Assembly: GCA_965227295.1 (NCBI GenBank) | Contig: OZ245742.1 | Span: forward strand, 4,512,001-4,576,000 | Length of the DNA stretch: 64,000 nucleotides | Direction: 5' to 3' | Origin: Leptonemataceae bacterium | GTDB taxonomy: Bacteria > Spirochaetota > Leptospiria > Leptospirales > Leptonemataceae | Shown: one piece after another, positions 58,350 through 64,000 of the stretch | How positions within the stretch are numbered: the stretch's first letter is position 1 | Layout: each line of letters begins with the position of its first letter | Notes under the pieces: generated by a model | What the model was told of the DNA's origin: nothing | The model's input: only the letters and a program-made list of their open reading frames with translations | Databases searched by the model: none | Position numbers and translations under genes: made by a program

Positions 58350-59662
58350 GCCGGCTGAATTCATATTATCTCATGTTACAAAAAAACAGCGCTCCTCTCC
58401 GGAAAACCACCGTCTCAATTTCTAAGCGGGTCGATTTGTGCTCCATAAGCGGCCCAATTGCCGTCTTAACATTATCTTTCTTAGCATTAGCAACCCCGCT
58501 TTTTCCCCAGGAGCCCGAGAAGACTCCGCAAGAACAACCGGCCGATGAAACTGCCCCGGCCGGAGAAGCAACGGAAGGCACCGGCGACACCACGACAGAC
58601 ACCACCGGCGAAGGCACTCCGACACCGACCGCGGACGAACCGCGGGAAAACCTGGGAAACGGATTCGCGAATCGCTTTCGGTTCCTCTTAGGATTCGGTC
58701 GCGCCACGTTTACGCCGGCGATCCTGCGCGAAGCCGGGCCGTCCTGGCAATTGAACTCGTTCTTGATTTCGGCGGTGGACGCGAATACTTCGCCGGTCGT
58801 GCAACTATCCGAGCCGGGTTCTTTACGTTCCTGGCCGCTGTATGCCGAGGGCGAGTGGACTTACAATGACCGCCTCACCGTCGGCCTGCGCTACTACGGG
58901 ATGAACCAGAGCTTCAGCCGCGACGCGCCGGCCACAGTGGATTTTTTCCATCCCGCCGGAGCCACGAAACGCTGGTCCTACTTCGAAGGTGTCCGCCTGG
59001 CAAAGTACAAAGAGCAGCATCATACCCTCGACGTGCAGTACCTCTACCCGGTTTGGCTGCGCGGATTAAAGGCCGGCGTTTACTTTGCCCGGGAATGGTA
59101 CTTCGAACGCGACGAAGTGAGCTTCGGTTCCTACGTCGCCACGAATCTCAGCGACACGGTAGCCCCCGGAACGTTGAACTGGTCTCAGGGCGCCGTTACG
59201 CCGGTGGACGTTCGTGCAAAGGGTCTGGTGTTCGGTCCGGCCCTGCGCTATCAAATCTTCGACTGGCTCGGTGTGAACTACAAGCTCACCCTGGTGAATC
59301 GCCAGGGGACACTCTCCTACTTCGGTGTGCGCACGATCCAGCAGTCCGACGAAGTCAACGGTACCTTCAACGTGTCCGCACTGATTCCGTCGGCGTTTGC
59401 AGAGTTTTCCGAAACCGGCATTCGCCATAATCTCGAAACGGTCTTTCAATTCTATTGTCGCTATTCCGTCCACCTGGGCGTACTTAAAGAGGACATCGAT
59501 CGCTCCTACAGCACGTACTTCAGCGGTACCCTCCCGCTGAATCCGACGATTCCCTTTCAACAAAAGACACCCACCGGCCTTGGAATCGGCGAGACCTCAC
59601 AAAGTTTCAAGAGCGACAAGTTAGAGATCTACATGAAATTCGGCGTGGCCTTCTTCCTGTAG
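58340..59662 (+). CDS. Hypothetical outer-membrane beta-barrel protein (start uncertain)
   Basis: Signal-like hydrophobic segment, acidic low-complexity linker, alternating beta-strands, aromatic C-terminus. Confidence 0.55.
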   Translation: MRLSRLNSYYLMLQKNSAPLRKTTVSISKRVDLCSISGPIAVLTLSFLALATPLFPQEPEKTPQEQPADETAPAGEATEGTGDTTTDTTGEGTPTPTADEPRENLGNGFANRFRFLLGFGRATFTPAILREAGPSWQLNSFLISAVDANTSPVVQLSEPGSLRSWPLYAEGEWTYNDRLTVGLRYYGMNQSFSRDAPATVDFFHPAGATKRWSYFEGVRLAKYKEQHHTLDVQYLYPVWLRGLKAGVYFAREWYFERDEVSFGSYVATNLSDTVAPGTLNWSQGAVTPVDVRAKGLVFGPALRYQIFDWLGVNYKLTLVNRQGTLSYFGVRTIQQSDEVNGTFNVSALIPSAFAEFSETGIRHNLETVFQFYCRYSVHLGVLKEDIDRSYSTYFSGTLPLNPTIPFQQKTPTGLGIGETSQSFKSDKLEIYMKFGVAFFL

Positions 59663-59678
59663 TCCGCGCCGCGCCGGT

Positions 59679-60593
59679 CTAAATCCGCCGTTCCTGCAAC
59701 AACGCATATTGCTTCGGGGAGACGTCGTAACGTTTCTTGAACTCGCGAATGAAGTGCGAGATGTTCTCGTATCCGATCTCGTAGGCCGCCTCGGTGACCG
59801 AGGTGCGGCCGTCTTTGAGCAGTTCCCGGGCCTTTTCGATGCGGCGATCCGTGAGCCAGCGCCGGGGGGTCGACTGAAACTGCCGTTTGAAGTCGCGCAG
59901 GAAGGTCGACGGGCTGCGTCCGGTTAAGTCGGCGTAATCTTCGACACTCAGCGGCTTGTCGTAGTAGCGTTCCATGAAGGATCTGAGATCGCGCTCCCGA
60001 CGTTGACCGCGGTTCGCCAGGCAGAGCAAACGATGCACGAAGTCGTCCGTGGCCTCGGCGGCTTCGACGAGCATGAGCAGTTCCAGAAGTTTGTGTTTCA
60101 GGAGGTTGCGGCGGATCTTTGCGTCCTGCACACCGGCGAAGACGGCCCGTAAGTTCTGCGCAAAAGAAGTCAGCGTGCGGCCCCAGGTGCCGCGGTGAAC
60201 GGCGAGATCGTCCGGCACCGCCTCCGCTGAGCGTCGGCGACTTACGTCCCGGGCCGCGCAGAACTCGTCGAGCAACGCGTCCGAGAAAAAAAAGATGTAG
60301 GAATCAAAGCTGTGCCCCTCTGCGGGCAAGAGATCCGAGATCATGTACAGATCGCGCGGGAGAAAGACGAACCCGTTCTCGCCCACGGTCAGGCTCACGC
60401 CGTCCGGATCGGCGATGCGTTTTTCGCCGCGTAGAATCACGCTCAACGAATGCGCCTGGGCGAAAACCTCGTCATGCACCAACGGCACGTCGAGACTTTT
60501 ATGCAGGATCGCCAGCCCCGCGTCGACGTCCGCGGCAAGGACCCGCACGCCCTTGCGCGGATTCTGCACGAGCGCGCGCGGAACAATCTTCAC
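59679..60593 (-). CDS. AraC-family transcriptional regulator
   Basis: GRSPSTFLRDFK and VTEAAYEIGYENISHFIREFKKRYDVSP HTH motifs. Confidence 0.92.
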   Translation of the reverse strand: MKIVPRALVQNPRKGVRVLAADVDAGLAILHKSLDVPLVHDEVFAQAHSLSVILRGEKRIADPDGVSLTVGENGFVFLPRDLYMISDLLPAEGHSFDSYIFFFSDALLDEFCAARDVSRRRSAEAVPDDLAVHRGTWGRTLTSFAQNLRAVFAGVQDAKIRRNLLKHKLLELLMLVEAAEATDDFVHRLLCLANRGQRRERDLRSFMERYYDKPLSVEDYADLTGRSPSTFLRDFKRQFQSTPRRWLTDRRIEKARELLKDGRTSVTEAAYEIGYENISHFIREFKKRYDVSPKQYALLQERRI

Positions 60594-61495
60594 GACTGCG
60601 CCCCGCCGCCGCTTCCGTTGACCACCCGAAAGACGGCGGAAAAATCACCGTCGCCCAGTCCGGCGTTCAGCGCACGATCGTAGAGGGCGCCCGCGGTTTC
60701 GCCCAGGGCGAGTTGTAAATTCTCTGCCGCCGCGGATTCCACCGCCAGGCGCAGATCCTTGCGCATATGCTTCAATGGAAAGTGCGTCGAGGTATCGCCG
60801 GACTCAAGGCGTTGCCGGACGAGTTGCAGCATGGGCGCGGCCACCGGCGTGGCGAGCAGTACGTTCTGCATGAGTTCATCGTTCAAACCAAGACTGCGTC
60901 CCAGTGCGCACGCCTCGGCGTATGCGGCCACGGCCTGGCCCAGCATGAAGTTCACAACGAGCTTGAGCGATGAGCCCGCCCCGTTTTCCAGGCCGGCATG
61001 CACGGTCTTCTTGCCCATGATCGCTAACATATCTTCAACACGATTTAAGTGATCCTTCATACCGCCCACCAGGAAGACCAGTTCGCCGTTCGCCGCCGGT
61101 TCACGACTGCCCGCGACCGGGGCGTCCAGAAAATCCGCGCCGGCCGCCCGGGCCGCGCCGCCCAGTTCCCGGCTGAACGCCGGGTCCACCGTCGACGCAT
61201 CGACCCACAGCTTGCCCCGGGCTCCGACCAAAAGACCGCCTTCCGGCTCCAGGGCCACCGCGCGCACCGCCGCCGGATCCGAGAGCATGGTGAAAATGAT
61301 GTCCGCCTCGCGGGCGACTTCCGCCGCCGAAACCGCGGACCGCGCGCCCTCGTGGTCTTGCCGGAACTCTTCGACGGCCGCCGTGGAGCGATTGTAAACG
61401 ATGAGTTCGTAACCCGCATCGCAGAGCCGACCGGCCATGCGACGCCCCATGATGCCCAGGCCGATCCAGCCGATTTTTGCTTTGTTTGCTGACAT
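60590..61495 (-). CDS. NAD(P)-dependent oxidoreductase, beta-hydroxyacid dehydrogenase family
   Basis: IGLGIMG, DAPVAGS, KLVVN, HMRKDL. Confidence 0.92.
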   Translation of the reverse strand: MSANKAKIGWIGLGIMGRRMAGRLCDAGYELIVYNRSTAAVEEFRQDHEGARSAVSAAEVAREADIIFTMLSDPAAVRAVALEPEGGLLVGARGKLWVDASTVDPAFSRELGGAARAAGADFLDAPVAGSREPAANGELVFLVGGMKDHLNRVEDMLAIMGKKTVHAGLENGAGSSLKLVVNFMLGQAVAAYAEACALGRSLGLNDELMQNVLLATPVAAPMLQLVRQRLESGDTSTHFPLKHMRKDLRLAVESAAAENLQLALGETAGALYDRALNAGLGDGDFSAVFRVVNGSGGGAQS

Positions 61496-61639
61496 AGATT
61501 TATTCCCCCTGGCGCCGCGGCGCCGGTCTCCGATGGTTTCCGCAGTGTAAGCGAAAACCAGGATCCGCGCTAATCGGCTCCAGGCAAAAGTAGTCGAAAT
61601 CCGTCACGGCGAAAGTTTTTTTCGCGGATTGGCGGTGAC

Positions 61640-62122
61640 TCAAGCCCTGGCATGGCGCCGGAGTGCGTCGCCGGTCAGACGATAGATCGTCCACTCCTTC
61701 TGCGGCAGGGCGCCCAGAGACTCGTAGAACCGAATGGAAGGTTCGTTCCAGTTCAGCACCGACCACTCCATGCGACCGCAACCGCGTTCCACGGCCAGGG
61801 CGGCGACGTGCAACAGCAACGCCTTGCCGTAACCACACCCGCGGTGCTCCGGATTCACAAAAAGATCTTCGAGGTATATGCCCGGCCGCCCCAGAAACGT
61901 CGAGAAGGTATGAAAAAACAGGGCGAAACCCACCGGCGTGGATCCGGCTTCCGCAATCACGGCTTCCGCGTAATGTTCTTCGAAAAGATGTTTGCGAACG
62001 AGTGCGGCATCCGCCGTGACCTGGTGTTCCAGGCGCTCGTACTCTGCCAGGGCTCGCACGAATTCTAAGATCAGATCGGTGTCGGTTTCCAGGGCAGGAC
62101 GGATGCGAAGTTCCACGGGCAT
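61640..62122 (-). CDS. GNAT N-acetyltransferase (diamine acetyltransferase-like)
   Basis: LAEYE, FSTFLGRPGIYLEDLFV, RGCGYG, WNEPSIRFY; start at ATG 62122. Confidence 0.9.
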   Translation of the reverse strand: MPVELRIRPALETDTDLILEFVRALAEYERLEHQVTADAALVRKHLFEEHYAEAVIAEAGSTPVGFALFFHTFSTFLGRPGIYLEDLFVNPEHRGCGYGKALLLHVAALAVERGCGRMEWSVLNWNEPSIRFYESLGALPQKEWTIYRLTGDALRRHARA

Positions 62123-62237
62123 AAGGTTACACAGTTTGCGTAAGCCTTCATGTGTGCAAGCAGGAGTGTGCGTTTCGGCGCAGACACGTCGCGTACGCGA
62201 CACCGGCGAAGCCCGGGACGCAGTTCGCGCCGCATAC

Positions 62238-63005
62238 TCAGAGAGCCGCGGAGACTTCCGGCTGGTCCGGCACGACATCCAGGTCGTCCACGACCAGGCC
62301 GTCCACGCCGATCACACCCATGGCCGCATCGAAGACGGCGTTGCGCTTCCGCACGCTGTCGACATCGCCCGTTAATGTGATTTTAGAATTACTTACGCGC
62401 ACGGTGACTTCGTCGGCGTCCACCAGCTTGCGGCTGCGCAGGGCGGACATGACGTTGTCGGCCAGGGTTTCATCGGCTACGGCCTCGGTGGGCACCACGG
62501 TAAGATGGTCCTCCACGAGGACGACGCCGTAGATATCTGCCGCGAGTTCTTCGGCCAACGTCTTACTCCAGAGCGTATCCGTACTGCCGCGCAGGTCCAC
62601 CACACCGGCGTTCACTTCCACCTGGATGTCCGCGGCCTCGATACCCGGATCCCAGGCGAAAAGCGCGGTAATGCGTTCTTCCAGTTCCGCGTCGGTGGGC
62701 AAACCTGCGACGGGATACTCGACGCGCAGATCGTTCTCGACACCGTATACGCCCGGGGCGAGCCAGGCTTCGTCGGCGGCCGCGTTCAGTTCCAGATAAC
62801 TGCCCACCTCGCCGCTCAGAGTGACATAGCCGTCGTCCACTTCAATTTGGACGTCCTCTCGATCCACGAGGCTCGACCAGTGTAAACGCGCCGCGATGTC
62901 GTTCTTCATGCGTTCTTCCTCCGGCGTCGGGCCGCAGCCGACGGCCAATAACAGCGCCGCGCCGAGGACGGCAAATTGCCGGTAGTTCGTTAATGCGTAT
63001 TTCAT
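62238..63005 (-). CDS. BON-domain lipoprotein (3 BON domains)
   Basis: AVGC lipobox; VEVDDGYVTLSGEV..GVYGVENDL repeats; SD AGGAGG. Confidence 0.88.
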   Translation of the reverse strand: MKYALTNYRQFAVLGAALLLAVGCGPTPEEERMKNDIAARLHWSSLVDREDVQIEVDDGYVTLSGEVGSYLELNAAADEAWLAPGVYGVENDLRVEYPVAGLPTDAELEERITALFAWDPGIEAADIQVEVNAGVVDLRGSTDTLWSKTLAEELAADIYGVVLVEDHLTVVPTEAVADETLADNVMSALRSRKLVDADEVTVRVSNSKITLTGDVDSVRKRNAVFDAAMGVIGVDGLVVDDLDVVPDQPEVSAAL

Positions 63006-63036
63006 ATATACCTCCTTTAAGTTTTCGATGCTTGAG

Positions 63037-63777
63037 TTATTGCGTGCCCGTTGTCTGTCGCAGAAGATTGTTCACGCCGGTTACGCCGAGCGTATTACGG
63101 GCCGCACGAGCCGCCGCGTAGCGGGCTTCCCAATCCGCGACGGTACCGCTTAGTTCCACGATGCCGTCCTGTACGCTGACTGTGACGTATTCGGCACGCA
63201 CCGCGGAGTCTCGCTCGATCGCGGCGATGACATCTTCCGCGATCAACTCGTCCGAACGTTGTTCCGTAGGTACGACGGCTATGCGATTCTCCACGAATAA
63301 CACACCGTCCGTCCGAGCGGCCGTTTCTTCGGCGCGCGTTTTTTCCCAGTAGGTGTCCGTGTTACCGCTCAGCCGCACCGTTCCGTTTTCCACGGTGACG
63401 TCGATGTCGCTCGCGTCCACGCTGGCGGTCCAGTCCAGGCTGCGTTCCACGGCATTGCGAATCTCGGTGTCTTCCAGCAGACCGGCTTCTCCGTAATAAG
63501 AGACACGTAAATCGTTGATGACGTAGGCCGTGCCGGGGGTCTGCCAGGCAATTCGGTCCGCCGCCTGCAGGGCGTAGTAGTCCGGAACGGTTCCCGCTAG
63601 CTTCACTTGACCGTCAGTTACTTTCACACTGACGTCGTCGGCGTCGATCCGAAAGTCGTTGCGGTATTGTTCCTTAATGTCTTCGCGCACGGAGTCGTCG
63701 ATCGGCAGGGCTACCAGGGGCAGAGCCAGACCGAAAGCGATCACTCCGATACAGAATCGATTCAATAGTTTTGTCAT
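63037..63777 (-). CDS. BON-domain protein (3 BON domains)
   Basis: Signal peptide; VTVENGTVRLSG..GVLFVENRI repeats; SD AGGAG. Confidence 0.88.
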   Translation of the reverse strand: MTKLLNRFCIGVIAFGLALPLVALPIDDSVREDIKEQYRNDFRIDADDVSVKVTDGQVKLAGTVPDYYALQAADRIAWQTPGTAYVINDLRVSYYGEAGLLEDTEIRNAVERSLDWTASVDASDIDVTVENGTVRLSGNTDTYWEKTRAEETAARTDGVLFVENRIAVVPTEQRSDELIAEDVIAAIERDSAVRAEYVTVSVQDGIVELSGTVADWEARYAAARAARNTLGVTGVNNLLRQTTGTQ

Positions 63778-64000
63778 GAATGATCTTCTCCTTAATATTT
63801 ATAGTTTCAGTTGTACTGCTGTCGTACTGCCGCGTAAAACACGGCCACCTGCGAAGTACTAAAACCCGATGGCATCGACCAGGGAGCGGCCTGGACGGCG
63901 GCCCGGATCGTTCGTATGCTGTCCCAAATGGGCGATTCCGATTCCTCCAACGAACAGTACGACGCTTTCCACCGTGACGAAGACCGGCGACGCGTCGTCA

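Overview
GC-rich chromosomal window, probably from a Leptospirales-like spirochaete (inferred from DUF1554/Len-type lipoproteins and dcw layout). 1-27.3 kb is housekeeping DNA: an ATP-grasp/transglutaminase operon, rph, two DUF1554 lipoproteins, the dcw cluster (rsmH to ftsZ), thyA-folA and a fabH-like gene. A ~20.4 kb composite island (27490-47943) starts at the 3' end of tRNA-Ser(CGA). It carries a frameshifted large serine recombinase, a Lamassu/ABC-three-component-like defence operon, a group II intron, a ~78x 13-bp tandem repeat, an ISL3 fragment and two diverged, oppositely oriented copies of a ~27-gene tRNA array covering all 20 amino acids. Main finding: each array is split into four sub-operons. 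Each sub-operon is preceded by a short leader ORF plus terminator/antiterminator, and the leader codons match the amino acids of the downstream tRNAs (LLSSLYLLSS before Tyr/Ser/Leu; PQSNWPQQNP before Pro/Trp/Asn/Gln; a 30-codon run before the 11-amino-acid cluster). This looks like ribosome-mediated attenuation of tRNA operons. In the second array, 10 tRNA genes are interrupted by short structured insertions, including five 51-nt elements at the same T-loop position. 48-64 kb: truncated/fused TetR, a decayed IS5, a multidomain biotin carboxylase, a large surface protein/OmpA cluster, AraC, a dehydrogenase, a GNAT and two BON proteins. tRNA and small-feature boundaries were folded and counted by eye and may be off by 1-2 nt.
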